64,000 bases of DNA from Octopus vulgaris. Its lineage: Eukaryota. Each line of letters begins with the position of its first letter. Within the stretch, counting starts at the first letter, position 1. The notes beneath the pieces were generated by a model. That model was not told the origin of the DNA. It was given only the letters and a program-made list of their open reading frames with translations, and did not search any database. Of this stretch, positions 24,457-38,390 are shown piece by piece. The stretch is from the NCBI GenBank assembly GCA_951406725.2, contig OX597820.1, positions 76,756,001 to 76,820,000 on the forward strand, in the 5' to 3' direction. Made by a program: the position numbers and the translations under genes.

Positions 24457-25760
24457 CAAACAACGTATTATTTCACTTCCCCTGTACTAATTCCACTCAC
24501 AAGTCTTTGGTCGGCTCGAAGCTACAGGAGATGACTCCTACTCAAGGTGTCACACAGTGGGACTGGACTCGGAACTGTATGGTTGCGAAGCAAGCTTCTT
24601 ACGACACAGCTACGCCTGCATCTAATTTTATTAATAACTGTTTTACAAAACTTCCGCTATACAGTGATATTTACAAGCAGTTTACAAATCTAGTTGGTTA
24701 ATATTATTTAAAATGTATTTGCAAGTTATGAAACCGTATTTTTCATATCTATTAAATCAATAAGCTCCGATGAAAGTGAATCCATAATTCTGGTTGCATT
24801 CAGTTATGATGTAAATGTGAGACATATTTTAACGTAGAACGATGCAAGTTGAAACATTTTGTCCCAATGTAAAATCTCAACAAGAAAGACGTGTGTTTTA
24901 AAAGCACAGGGCTTCGCTTAGAACACTGGTTGACTGGTCAGCTCAGTGGAGAATATTGCTGATATTCCAACAAAGAAATAGAGGAATTAATCATTTCCTC
25001 ATTCTAGCTATCCAAGCTAGAATCAAATTAATATACGTATTTGAAAATGCCTTCGAATGAAATACTGCATTTTATAACATTTATAGAGTCTATACAACGT
25101 ATAGACTCTATACGTAGAATGTTACTAGCTTTAATAGTTTGTCTTTCATTTTAAGACAATTCCCATTTTGGAAATACCCACTAGAATTTCAGTATATTTG
25201 TGTGTGTCTCTGTATGTGTGTGTTTGTGTATGTCGTATGCATATGTGCGTGTATTCGTATATATACTAATGTATTACTTCTACAGAATATATTATTTTAT
25301 ATATAAATTTATTTCCTGCCACTCATATTTTACACGTTAATATATAATGATTACTTTCGCTGGTTTCACTTTATCATGTTTCCTTTCGGGAACAAAATTT
25401 CGCCTTTATGAAAAGACAAACATAAGGGCATCTAACAGAAATATGTACAACTAAATTAGAAAAGGGAATTGCTCAGTATCTCTTTCTTCATTTTACTGTT
25501 TTACAGTTATATTGGATTACTTTTCGATAGGATCTAGATTTCTTGTAGTAAAAGTATTTCCTTTTACTTGTCAACAATTTCGTGCTATGCTATGCAACCG
25601 TTCTAAAGCAACAGTAATTTATAGAATAAATCTTTTCAATTCTAACCTATCGATGGGGAATTATATAAAAAGAAGGAAAAATATATAAGGCAATGGAACT
25701 TCAAACGTGCCATCCTTTAAAAAAAAAAGATTATACAATGTATAGACATAAATCTTCCTG

Positions 25761-25812
<52 letters not shown>

Positions 25813-26249
25813 GTTAGAGTACATATTGCAGAAATTATGTTGGCTACATATCTAGCAAAGAGAGATTGATTTGTTGATACGTAAAATTCATCCGTTTTCT
25901 AAGAGTGCAGCATAAATTCATTAATTTAGAAGTTGGCGCAAATTCAAAAGCTTAGATGTGGTTAGACTGAAGTGTTTGAACTTGGGAGAATCCTGTAGAA
26001 AATCGATAATAGAAACATGATCTCAAAAAAAAAAAAACTTCAAAAAAGATTTCTAGAGGTACTAGAAAATGCATTTGCAATTTAGAGCATTTTATATCTC
26101 AGAATACTATAAAAATGGCTGTGATACGAAAAGAAGTATTAAAAGATACAATATTTATAGAATAGTTGAAATATGAAAATGCTTGGATTGGCGACAAAAC
26201 CCCCAGCACGTTATAATTCTGGATTTTGCTGTGAATCACGGAGATAAGG

Positions 26250-27004
26250 GTCAATATAAAGATCCTCAAAACAAAAAATAAAAACAACCTCGTGGTTGTT
26301 AATAATTGTGTGGAAAACGAATGTGAAAAAAGAGATACGCTTTGACGACCCCGGGGTTGGGGATGGCGACTTTCGGAAAATTCACAAGATCTGATTTTTC
26401 CGTCATAAATTGGGGTAAAATGGATATATATATATTAATTTTTTTATATAGAATCTTACGTTTTCGGTTATGGAGGGTCGGATTCTGAAAAAAAAATTTT
26501 GAAAATCGCATTTTGAAAATCTCATTGTGTTATCGAATTTTTGTGAGATTTGGCTGTTATTTCTAGCATGCGAATAGCCTGCTTGAATGCCTGGGGGTAT
26601 ATATTTTACAATGAGGGTATACATTTTACAAACAATTTTTTTCAGAATTGTAATCTTCGTATTTTTCTACGTATTTCACAAAAAAAAAAAAAAAAATCCG
26701 GAAAAGTGAAAAATTAAGTGGGAATGGATTGAACTTTTGAAAATGCGATTTTTGAAAATTTTGTTTTCAGAATCGGATCCTCCATAGCCAAAAACGTGGG
26801 ATTCCGTAGAAAAAAAAGTCTATATATATATATCCATTTTACCAGAAGTCATGGCGAAAAAATCGGATCTTGTGAATTTTCCAAAAGTTCCCTCCTCACC
26901 CCCAGGGTGGTCAGCGCGCTTTTTTTTCCATATTCGTTTTTCACACGCTTATTAATACTCACCGGGTTTTATTTTTTTCTTGGGTAAAGATCTTTATATT
27001 GACG
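26250..27004. mobile_element. Foldback/MITE with ~270-bp imperfect inverted arms (26250-26520 / 26735-27004)
   Basis: tcaatataaagatc / gatctttatattga, ggaaaattcacaagatc / gatcttgtgaattttcc, ggtaaaatggatatata / tatatatccattttacc. Confidence 0.8.
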
Positions 27005-27524
27005 AATTCTTCACATAAATCTAAGTTACTGAAAAAAAAATTTTATTTCACCAAAACCACATGCTCACGTGCCAAATATTCTAACTGCATAGGCATGTAT
27101 TTGCACACTTATGACAATTGAAAATATAAAAGTGTTAATGTAACAAAATCAAAATTTATGAAACTTATTTCAGCTATTACGTAGCTAATTTTATATGACG
27201 CAAAACCTTCAGGCAAAACCATATAAATAATTTAAAGTATAAGAATATAAATATTTAAAGAGCACCAGCACTGTTAATGGTTTAATAGTGTCACTACAGA
27301 CAAAATAAATTTAACACTATATAATGATTCATAGATAGTTATTTTGTCACTATTTGTGTTGTTAAAATTTAAAGTAGAGATAAGAAAAATTCAGGTTTAT
27401 ATAATGTGCCGAGTCACATTTATAAATAAGAAATATAAAGAGAAAATATATGTGGAGTTATAGGAAGGTGTTTGATATTTCCCACTGATATAGTGATGCA
27501 AATGCGTACAGACAAACAGAAACA

Positions 27525-27649
27525 CGCACATGGTTCCGAGTTCAGTCACACTGCGTAACACCTTGAGCAAATGGCTTCCTCTATAGCCTCGGGCCAACCA
27601 TTGCATTGTTAGTGGATTTGGATGACGGAAACTGAAAGAATCCCGTATC

Positions 27650-27729
<80 letters not shown>

Positions 27730-27972
27730 CATGCATGTGTGTGTGAGTGTGTGTGTGTGTATTTATATACATGTATGTATTTGTGCGTCAGTGTCCCCCC
27801 CCCCCCGCATCGCTTGACTACCGATGGTTTGTTTACATATCCGTAAACTAGCGTTTCGGCAAAATAACCGATAGAATAAGTATTAGGCCTACATAGAATA
27901 ATCCTGGGTCAAATTTGTTCGACTAAAAGCAGTGCCCCAATCTGGCTGCAGTCAAATGACTGAAACAAGGAA
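27525..27972 (+). mobile_element. SINE family B
   Basis: Both halves plus expanded internal microsatellite. Confidence 0.8.
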
Positions 27973-27980
27973 TATATATG

Positions 27981-28029
<49 letters not shown>

Positions 28030-28030
<1 letters not shown>

Positions 28031-29130
28031 CTTAGATGTGTTTCGACCAAAGATTGGTCCAGGTTATGTCTAACTTAATAGCACCACCAGATAAGATTAT
28101 CTTAACCCTTTCTTAGTCACGTTTTGCGGTATCATGGCCATTCGAGTAGGGAGTTCTTGTTGAGTGAGTTGTATCCAGCTTTAGGTGGCTTATTTGGTAC
28201 TCCTTGAAGAAATTTGTCCAGAATCCGATGGAAGATGATGGGATTCTTTTCCTCTTTGATCTGTTTTGGGACAATGTTAAATAGGACAGGGCGTGTTGAG
28301 GAGGAAGATTGTGTTGCAGTGTATATATATGCTGTGATCCTGAAGGGGACGTATGGCCCGTGGTACTAGCTCTGGATGAATTTCGAAGCTAATCTTGATG
28401 TCATTTGGGCAATGCTGGCGGTATATTCTCCACATCCTGCAAATGATGTATCGCTCGCGCCGTCGCTTTAGAGAGTAGAGTTTGAATGCTTTAAAGCGGT
28501 CCCAGTAATCGAGCTCAGTCATTTCCTTAATTCGTTTACAGTTTAGGATGGAAGAAGTTGCTTCCATTCCCTTTTATGCACCCATATTTAGGATTGAGGC
28601 CATGTACTCTGTATTTAGGACAGTATTTGGGGTGAAGGTGAGGGCAGTTTTTTTTTCCGTCGTACCATATGGATAGGTGCCCTTAACAAGTCTACGGCAT
28701 AAGGTAGGATGGAAAAATGCCCAACGTCACTTGTTGTTTGTGCCGCTGGAGCCAAATCTACAGTTACCTTGAAAATGTTAACGACATGGTTTTTGACGTG
28801 GGCATAGTAGGTTTCTTTTTATATTAACAGGCTCATTGGTCAGTAGTCCCATTTTCGTAGCAGTAACAGACTGTTATTGTTGCTGCTGAAGCAGCAATGA
28901 AATTTGGGCTGGGTGGAATCAGGTCAGATATTGATACCAAACAATTGTTGTTGGCTAACGGATGGTTGCAGTGACCCCTGACCTGTTGGTATTAGATCAG
29001 TTGGTGCACTATATCCATTGACAAGTATGGCTTCTAGTGTTGCCATGTGCGTGTATAAAGTATGAAAGGATTTTGTGATTTCTTTTATTTTGATTTCGAT
29101 CTGTTTTACAGATCTGTAAAAGGATTGTGA
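28030..29130 (-). mobile_element. Internally deleted CR1/L2-type LINE: ORF1 CCCH zinc-finger remnant joined to ORF2 C-terminus and 3' UTR
   Basis: Minus strand 28800-28540 gives degenerate C..F.HP..C repeats (FFHPTLCRR, CPHLHPKYCPKY, GCIKGNGSNFFHPKL); 28540-28280 gives ELDYWDRFKAFKLYSLKRRRERYII, typical of the post-RT region of CR1-group LINEs. Confidence 0.75.
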
Positions 29131-29214
29131 TGCTAATGTCTCTGCAATATAAATGTAATATATATGTAAGTATGCATATATATATATGTATATATATATA
29201 TTGTGTATGTATAT

Positions 29215-29362
<148 letters not shown>

Positions 29363-29901
29363 CGATTGTTGTTTATACACCTACATCGTCTTTTGTTTTT
29401 TGTAAATTCCAACTAAATATATGTTTGTGCGTGTATACACATATATGAAAGTGTGTACATTTTTGTGTGTTTGTGCGCATGTGAGCTGGGATGTATACGT
29501 CCCTGTAAATTAGGGTCCCTAACTGTGAAATCGATAGTAACAAGACCAAGCTTTTAAAAAGTTTCTTGGGTCGATAACTACAACTTAAATTCTTGGCTCT
29601 TCCCCAGCATCGCTGCAGACTAATAACTGGAACGAGTAAAAGATGTATATATTTATATACATAGAGTTGTAAATATGAATGTATTAGACTTTACTATGTC
29701 AAAAATGCATACATTATACGACTGCTGAACTTAAGAAATAACTATATCATTAGCTGTTGTTGTAGTTACACTGCTAAGTCCTTAACCGCCGAGGCTGTAG
29801 AGGCGAAATGTGAGCTCAAGTGAACTATGGACATACATATATATATACATGTATGTATGCATATATATGTATGCATATATATATGCATATATATATATAT
29901 A

Positions 29902-29944
<43 letters not shown>

Positions 29945-29945
<1 letters not shown>

Positions 29946-30182
29946 TATAATCGACTTAATCCGTCTGTCCTTGTTTGTTTCCTCTGTGTTTAGCCCCTTA
30001 TGAGTAGCAAAGAAATAGGTATTTCGTCAGTCTTTATGTTCTGAGTTCAAATTCCGACTTTGCATTTCATCCTTTCGTGGTCGATAAGTTAAGTACTAGT
30101 TGCGTACTAGTGTCGATCTAATTACTAGGGTCAACTGGCCCCTCCCCCAAAATTTCGGGCCTTGTGCCTAGTGTAGAAAAGG
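29945..30182 (+). mobile_element. SINE family A, 5'-truncated dimer
   Basis: Matches 1760-1982 and 47460-47729. Confidence 0.8.
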
Positions 30183-30981
30183 AATATGATTTTGTGGGAC
30201 GAGTAATAATGAATTGCGAACGGAGGATCGCTGAAAAATGTGTAACTGGTATTGAATATATTTCAAATGTAAAATTTTGAGAATTATTTTACAGTCTAAT
30301 GTTAACTACATTGAATAATCTGGTGAATAAGTCTCTTAGTTTTAATTGTAAACTACGATCGCAAATTTAAAATTCAAATACCACAATCAATACTACAACT
30401 GTATTTAACAGATTCTTATTCGATTTCTTTATATAAAAATCTTTACTCTCAGATTGAGATATATATTTCAGAATTTTGCAAAGCTTTCATAAATATTTGA
30501 ATTTCACTGGTCGATATCAACTTAATAGCACTTGGATTAGTGCAATTGTCTGCGTGTTTAATGCTTTCTAAGCATTCTCCCCGAAGACTTTTGATCATGC
30601 ATTAGCTTACATTATCACGATGCTTACCGATATTCAGACATGTCAAGCGGTTTGTGAATATTTCCGTGTATATATTTCTGATATATAGAATGGAGAAGTA
30701 TATTTCAAAAGTTTAGTGGTTACTGCTGTACACACAAACACACACACACCACACACACGGAAATACACACACACACACACACTCACACACAAATATATAT
30801 ATATATATCCGTGGGATGGGGTGCGTTTGTGTTTAAAGGAAATTTAGAAAGAATATTTTGGTAGTCAAAATATTTTTTCTTAAAATTTTTCCTGGCTGAA
30901 CCTATATCCAGTGCCTTGTTTCCGCTCTTTAAGATTTCAAACGCACGTGTTATTATGTAAGCGGTAAAGAAATAATTCACT

Positions 30982-31017
<36 letters not shown>

Positions 31018-34000
31018 TGTTGCATTGAGTCTAAAGTTCAATAATATATGCTTTATTCTTCAAGTTATAACAAAAGCATCCTAGCATTCATAGTGGAGGC
31101 CACCACTCTGCGAGTTTTTTCATCCCACGCTGATTCCAGTAACTGTCCTTCGAGGCGAAAACTCCTTCACTGACGAATAAAGCAAATATCTTACAAAATT
31201 TTGAAAACGTTTGCCGCAACACAATTCGCATTTGATATATGATAATCTTATTGTATATAGCGAAAATGGAAATAATTTAAATTCCTCATTTACACAACTA
31301 CCCAAATGCTCTCTACATGGTACATCCCCAACGGAGAGGTCTTTCATTTGTCATTCATGCACTCTGACAATGGGAATTACATCGACCAACAGGAACTTAT
31401 ATTTTGTATCATTGCAATGTTGTTATGTGATGCAGTAATAAAACTTTTGTGTTGGCACTTCATATAAAATCATTAATCTTTGGTTTCTTCCCATTCCTTC
31501 CCATATATCCAAACAATTTGCACTGTGTCTAAAATATATTCGAATCGTGTCATGAAATTTGGATTTTAAGCCTGTCGGCTGAAAATCTGCTGTCGCTAAG
31601 AATTGGAAGGAAATGGATACGACATCAATTTAGGATCTTGCTTTACGTGACCAAATCGCGTTTGGCGCAAATTTTCCTTTCGTCATTCTGGCGTTTACAA
31701 ACAAAACCACCTTTCTAGGATGATGGTATAGCGTAAAGGATAGTGTGTCGGACAAGCAGATATCCCGTTTACTATGAAGCTGAGGAATCGTTTTCTCTAT
31801 GCAAATGCAGTATGTAACATATTTTCGAGAAGCTACGGAATAGGATCGTCTATAAAGTTTCCCCCTTTTTTTTAACTACAGTACATTAGTTTGCTCATAC
31901 TTTACTATTTGGGAAAATTTGGAAAAAAAATACTATTCCAAAATCTTGCCCGAACCAGTATCATTTTCACTTATTGTATTATGCTAATAGAAATAAAATT
32001 AAGAATACAGAAGAACTTTGGAGAAAATGTGTGAGACATATATGAACAAATATCTAAGAAATAATAAATATTTTTCTCAAGAGACTTTCTCGTGAAACGT
32101 AAAGACAAATAATTTGAATACAAGGAATTGTATTTTATTTTGTGGAATTCTTACAAAATTGCAATATATTTAGAAATACATAAATTTAGCTATGCACTCC
32201 AGTGACTCAACAACTGATTCATCATACAATTGGTATGAAGCTACAGTAATGATTTTCGTTTAATAAATATCCAATTCAAAATATGTAAACCAATATGGAA
32301 AATAGATACAATGCTATAGCTAAAAATCGAGTTATAAACATATATAACTTGCGTTAGACGTCATAAATGATTATCGTTAATTGAATATATTGAATATTTA
32401 TTACAAAATTTAGGTATCCTTTGATTTATATTTAAAAGGTAAGATTTACTCCACAGTAACACTCAGACTTCTGCATTCTGATCAGATTTTACGAATACAA
32501 TATTTTCCTATGTATATACATACATACGTACATATATGTGTGTGTATATATATATGTGTGTGTGTGTGTGTGTGCGGGTGTGAGTGTGTGTGAGTGTGCA
32601 TGCGTGCCTTTGTGCGTGCGTGTGTGCGTGTGTGTATGTGTGTGTGTATGTGTTTGTGTGTGTGTGTGTACATACATACATCCATACACGTGTTGACTGT
32701 GGCAGTTAGTCTGAAACACACAAATATGTAGTAATCTATTCTATAGACTGGATGTTAAAGGAAATAGCTATCTGTGTCCCATTGTCATGTGCGCGCGTGT
32801 GTGTGTGAGTGAGCGTGTGTGCGTGTGTTTAGCACTTCCTGTCAGGCACGCGAACGATGCAGCAGTTGATTATTAAGTATTCGTAAAGTAAAAGGAACTG
32901 TAATCATATATCTTGGTGAATCACTGTCTGTTACTCCCATTTTAAGGGAAACAAACCAACGACCTTATCAAAACCGTCCACTTCCGAAGAAAGTTGACCT
33001 TCGCTTATCCCAAAGCAAAGGACGAATTTTATTCTCGGATGTAGCTTCAAGGAGCTACAACACCAGATTTCTTAAAAGAATTTCCCCTCATACTGATCCC
33101 GTTCTTCGCAGGAAATAAAACTATTCCACCACAGGTAAATCAACTGAAATGAAGAACCTTGTTCTTCGAAGGAATTTTGAAAAGCTCATAATCTAGAAAA
33201 TTCGAATTTTCAGGTTTCTCCAAAGAATTTGATATTAACTTAATGGGCATATTCTATATTCTGTTAAATGTTAATGTCCATGTATGAGGGTGAAAAGTAT
33301 CACGATGCTCACATGAAAGCCATCAAGCTCTGTGCAAGGCAAAGATGGTTCAACTAAAAGAATGCCAGTAATAGCAGCACCACTTCATGACAACACAGTG
33401 GACGCCTTTCTGTTTGAGATAGCGATGGACTTGTCTCTCAGGCAAAGGATGGCTCCATGCAATAGAAGCGATCAATAAAACAACCTCTTCCTCTATAACC
33501 TAAATTGTACTAATGATATTGGCTCCACAGCTCATCAGCCGTGTGATGTGTAATATTTGTTATCTTCTCTTGGAAATATTGCAGTCTGTCAGCGCAGAGC
33601 AATTGTGAGAGCAAACTCGGCTAAATATAGAAAAAAGAAATGTGGAGGAAATATACGAAGAATACATAAGTACACACAATATATTATGGCATAAGTTTCA
33701 TTGCTTTGATGACCGAAAGATTATGACGAATATAAATAGGAATTATAATCCGATCTCATAGCATATTCTAGATCATTTTAAGTATTCAGATAATTATTTA
33801 TCACTGCAGCACACGGTTCTCGTGTGAATATCGTAAACTAAGAGAAACGAAGGTGTGCGAATTTGTAGACACAGTGCATTAACCTTTAACACAATGGAAA
33901 CGGATATCTATGCATCAGATAAACTTAACTTACGGAAGAATCGAAGGAGAGGTTAACGGAGGATTGCGAATTTGCGGAGTTCAACCTCTTCCAAGTCTCA

Positions 34001-34763
34001 CCACAGCATATTTCTTCTAGGAAGAGAGAAAGTCAGAAAGGGAGGGGAAAATGTAGGAGAAAAATCGGTCTCTGTATATCATAGAACTGACGCATTAGAT
34101 ATCGACACCGAAATGTTGAAATGCTAAATTCGCAATAAGGTGGGAACAAGGCACAGAGTTATGGTATATTTACAGTAAAACATTATTTCCGCCTTACACA
34201 CCTACATGCACACACACACACACATACATACACACACACATATACACAGACAGTCACTCAATCACTCACTCACACGCGCACGCACTCACGCACGCAGGCA
34301 TATATATTTACACATACACCATATACGTATTACATGTGTATGCGTATACTTAGATGGATAAGTTTTTGTTTATGCATTGCAATCAGTTTTCTATTGTCGA
34401 CGTACGCATTAATCGCTTAGAATACATATTTGAAAGCAACATAACAAAATCCGTAAACAATTATAATTATATTATAAAAGTGAATATTCTTTCGTGTGAT
34501 TCTGAATTAATCAAATATTTTGATAAACATGATTTGAAATAATTTATGGAGATTATAGGATTTTCAGAGTTTTTAGTATTTTTATTCAATAAGAACATTA
34601 ATGCAAACACAAAACCTCTTAATCGAAATTCTGTGTGTTGTTTCATGTCATAAAATAATATTTTTCGTTAACAAATATTCATTATGTTTATTTTTCGAAA
34701 CGTAGGGAATTGAGAAAATATAATTTTATTATAACAAATAGATTTAAGCATATTTCCTAAGTA

Positions 34764-34983
34764 CAGTACTCCCTCGACTGCCACAGGGGTTACGTTCCAA
34801 ACCCACACGTGATAGGTGAAAATCTGTGAAGTACAAACAGTACTGTACTGTATATTTTTCTATTATTTTTATAATTTGCATATATTTATTTTATCATTAA
34901 TTCAAAAAACAACATGGAAAAATCGTCGTATGCTTAAATAACAAACCGCTATATGTGAACCAATATATATATAGGGATTACTG
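34764..34983. mobile_element. Tigger/pogo-like MITE
   Basis: TA|cagtactccct ... agggattactg|TA termini; ggggttacgttccaaaccc subterminal motif. Confidence 0.7.
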
Positions 34984-35774
34984 TACACTTATACAATAAA
35001 ATTATGTAACTCATAGCTTTTCACAAAATTTAACTCTCTCCTATTTGTCCTCGTTCTATTTTTGTTATGATTTTTCTGAAAGTATTTGCATAGTCTGATG
35101 AACATTCTGATGAAGTACATCGTACAAAGACCCACAGACGTTTCACTGCTTCTCTGCTCAGATGCATCGTTTCTCTCTTGAGCTTCCTGTAACTCATAAT
35201 CTCATTTATTACAACTGCTTCTTTCCTGGAAATGCAGCTTTCTCGGGCCCACAACTTTTGTCGTATTTTTCTCTAACTTATGATACACAATCATTTAAAT
35301 TTCCTGTCGGTCGATAACTTTTCAAAAATTATGCTCCTTCTCTTTCGTCTTTAATTCTAGAGTGGTCTGAAGTTTTTGTTCGGGATATTATGGTATAAAA
35401 TAACGTAAAAAAATAATTCCATCACACTGTAGTGGAAAGTTAACTGCGTCAATGAAAAAAGGATTTTATAATCATTTTGGTAATTTCGATTATCTTACAA
35501 AGTATTGTACCCAATACATACAAAGCAATCCTGGTGGCTATTAGCTTACCATTCCATGTGAACATTTGAAATCTACCCTGTAGGCTCAAATGTACGTTTA
35601 GTTCATAGTACTTCTGCTGCATGTATCACATTTCTCACCTCCGTAAATCGTTTGCTCTTTATTTTACAAACGGTAATTTACACAAAATGGATTACATTAA
35701 TTGCACTTTTGTTTTCACATCTACAGTATACATTACGTCTGTGCAGTTGACGCAAACCAATTTCTTAGTTTCAC

Positions 35775-36017
35775 ATTCTGCCGCTACGTACTGAGTTCAA
35801 ATTCCGCCGAGGTCGACGTTGCTTTTCTTCCTTTCGAGGTCGATTAAATAAGAACCAGTTACGCACCGGAGTCGATATAATCGACTTAATCTGTTTGTCT
35901 GTCCTTGTTTGTCCTCTCTGTGTGTAGCCCCTTTCTGGGTAGTAAAGAAATAAGTAATTTGTCTGCCGTTACACTCTGAGTTCGAATTCCACTGAGTTCA
36001 AATTCCGCCGAGGTCGA
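35775..36017 (+). mobile_element. SINE family A, partial dimer
   Basis: ctgagttcaaattccgccgaggtcgac core present twice. Confidence 0.8.
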
Positions 36018-36857
36018 GGGAGAAACCACATGAACTGCCTAAAACATTGTGTGAATTTATATAAAACAGAATAGGATACTTCTCTACTGACAGAGAAACC
36101 CCTAGAATTGGTTTGTAATTAAACTTCCTCAAAACATATACAAATCCACGCTGCAAAGTGATATCGTTTAACGCACGAAGATCCTAAACCGATCGTAAAA
36201 AATGTTTTCGTCTGATTAGGAAAACTTCAGTCAGCTATAGTTCTTCAACTACTAGCACTGAGCCGAGCATGCACTGTGTTTTTACTTCCTCCTTTCTTAT
36301 ATAAGTGTCTTAACTCTTCTGAGATAGCAACCTTAGAGTATCTTTATTTGTCAATGTAGTAATGGTGAAAAGACATATTCCTGTTTGCATAATCTATGTG
36401 AATTTAAAGCCAAAAATTCAAAATATCACCAAATCGCAAGAACGTTGGTTGGAGTGAGCAGATGCAAAAGCCACGGTTATATAGTGTCTTATGTCTGTTC
36501 TACCCAGACCACACACATGATAATCAGCAACAATCTACCCAGCACTAAATATTTCCCTTAATCGTTCTGCAGACGAAAGACTTATAAGTTTTGTTACACA
36601 CTTAGGTTCTACCTTTGATCAAGACACACATCAATCGTACCAATTTCACAATGAAGCCTTTAGAGTGTATTAGTTATAGCTCTTAGCATCGTATATCCTA
36701 TGGAAAATAGTGCGTCTGAAATAGGATGTAATATAATTACTGTCAAGCTCAAATTGGACACATTATTCATTCGGTTGCTTTGAGTTTCGGATTTTTATGT
36801 TACACATATACGATCGACGTTTATCGATGTTATTGTATTACAAAGATATTAGAGACG

Positions 36858-36909
<52 letters not shown>

Positions 36910-36994
36910 TGAATATATACATATATATATATATATGTATACATATATATTAATAGGTATGTATATATATGTATATATATTAAGAGAAAGTCTT

Positions 36995-37153
36995 TTTGCC
37001 AACGCAGAGTGGCAGTCCTACGTAGGACGATGCTACTACTTTTTAGCCCCGGGAAAACATATTTTCCTGGTGGTTACTGACATATGATCATGTTTTCCTG
37101 GGGTTAAAAAGTAGTAACATCGTCCTAATTAGGTCTACCACTTTGCATTGGAA
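36995..37153. repeat. Inverted pair of terminal fragments of the retrozyme-like family
   Basis: Arms 36995-37060 and 37090-37153 are reverse complements and match 8997-9065 (ttttagcccc.ggaaa.cat). Confidence 0.75.
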
Positions 37154-38065
37154 ATATATATATATGTGTATATATAAATGTATGTATTATGTATGTATGT
37201 ATGTATGTATGTATGTATGTATGTATGTAGGTAGGTAGGTAGGTCGGTAGGTAGGTAGGTATTGTTGTATCTGAGGAGTGTCATACTGTCGTGATTATTT
37301 CACGTTCAATGTCTTCGATTCCTATTCACTTATTATTTATATTTTTTCAGCCAAAATTTTAGCCTTATGTACAACCTTGCCATTTGATGTCCGTTATCCC
37401 TTATAATGGAGAGATTAAATATCCATTTACAAGGTTGCAGGAGCAACGACTATAATGGAAAGGAAAAATATAAATAATAAATGAGTGGAAATTGAAGTGG
37501 AGAGTGAGTTAGTTATTAAGGCAGTATTACTCTCCCAGACGCAAGGAAATGTCTTTCATCACACGAATTCACATAAAGCATCTTGCAATCAAGGCACAAA
37601 AACCATGTGAATGTGTGTGTGTGTGTGTGTTTATAGTAAAAAAAAACGAAGAACAAACACAAAATGCAACAACTTTGGACGTGCTACATGTAAAGTATTA
37701 GCAGACGCTGAAGGAAGGAAAGAAAGGTGGTTTTATGTTTGAAGTAAAGGTAAACATATAACCATGTTATGTATGTTTATTGTAATTCTGTTGTGGCCGT
37801 GTCTTTAAATTATAATAAAAACTCAGAACAAAAGAAGCTTCCACATCGATGTTACACCTGAGAGTTGACAGCTAAATTATGACTCAAGTCACAACCCAAC
37901 AGATTTAAACGATGGACGATTTCGTCAAATGATATCCTCTAAGACATGAGCCTACTAAAAGTAGCAGATTGACCAGAGTTAGGATACCTTTTGGTCTTAT
38001 ATCTGTTCGATTAGGTCTGCCCTAATGTTAAACAAGAATATAAACAACAATTGCAACAAGAGATG

Positions 38066-38194
38066 TGATGAAGTCAAGATAATTATTTGAAGAAGCAGCG
38101 TCTACTTCAGACATATTGGTTGAGATATTTAGTTGCTCTTACTTTGGATATGATTCCTAATCGCAGAAACTCTAGCAATCTTATCCTAGGATCT
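38066..38194 (+). repeat. Diverged local direct duplication, partner 39114-39242
   Basis: atgaagtcaagataattatttgaaga.gcag.gtctacttcagacatat shared. Confidence 0.85.
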
Positions 38195-38199
38195 GTATA

Positions 38200-38390
38200 A
38201 TATCGGTTTCAAATTTTAGCCCGAGTTCATAAAGTTCGGGAGAGGCGTATAATCGATTACGTCGGCCCCAGGGATCAACTGGTACTTATTTTCGAACACG
38301 ATAGGATGAAAGGTAAAATCGACCTCAGTGAAATTTGAACTCTGACCGGAAAGTGGGACGGAATGCTGCTAAGCATTTTCCCCGCCATAT
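38200..38390 (-). mobile_element. SINE family A, degenerate
   Basis: aggatgaaaggtaaaatcgacctcagtgaaatttgaactc. Confidence 0.7.

Noticed and set aside
33404-33450. Short hairpin as pre-miRNA
   Set aside because: Too short and bulged; no recognisable mature miRNA.
35104-35140. ctgatga a gtac atc gtac aaag motif
   Set aside because: Lacks GAAA, the UH site and stem I/III pairing; likely chance.
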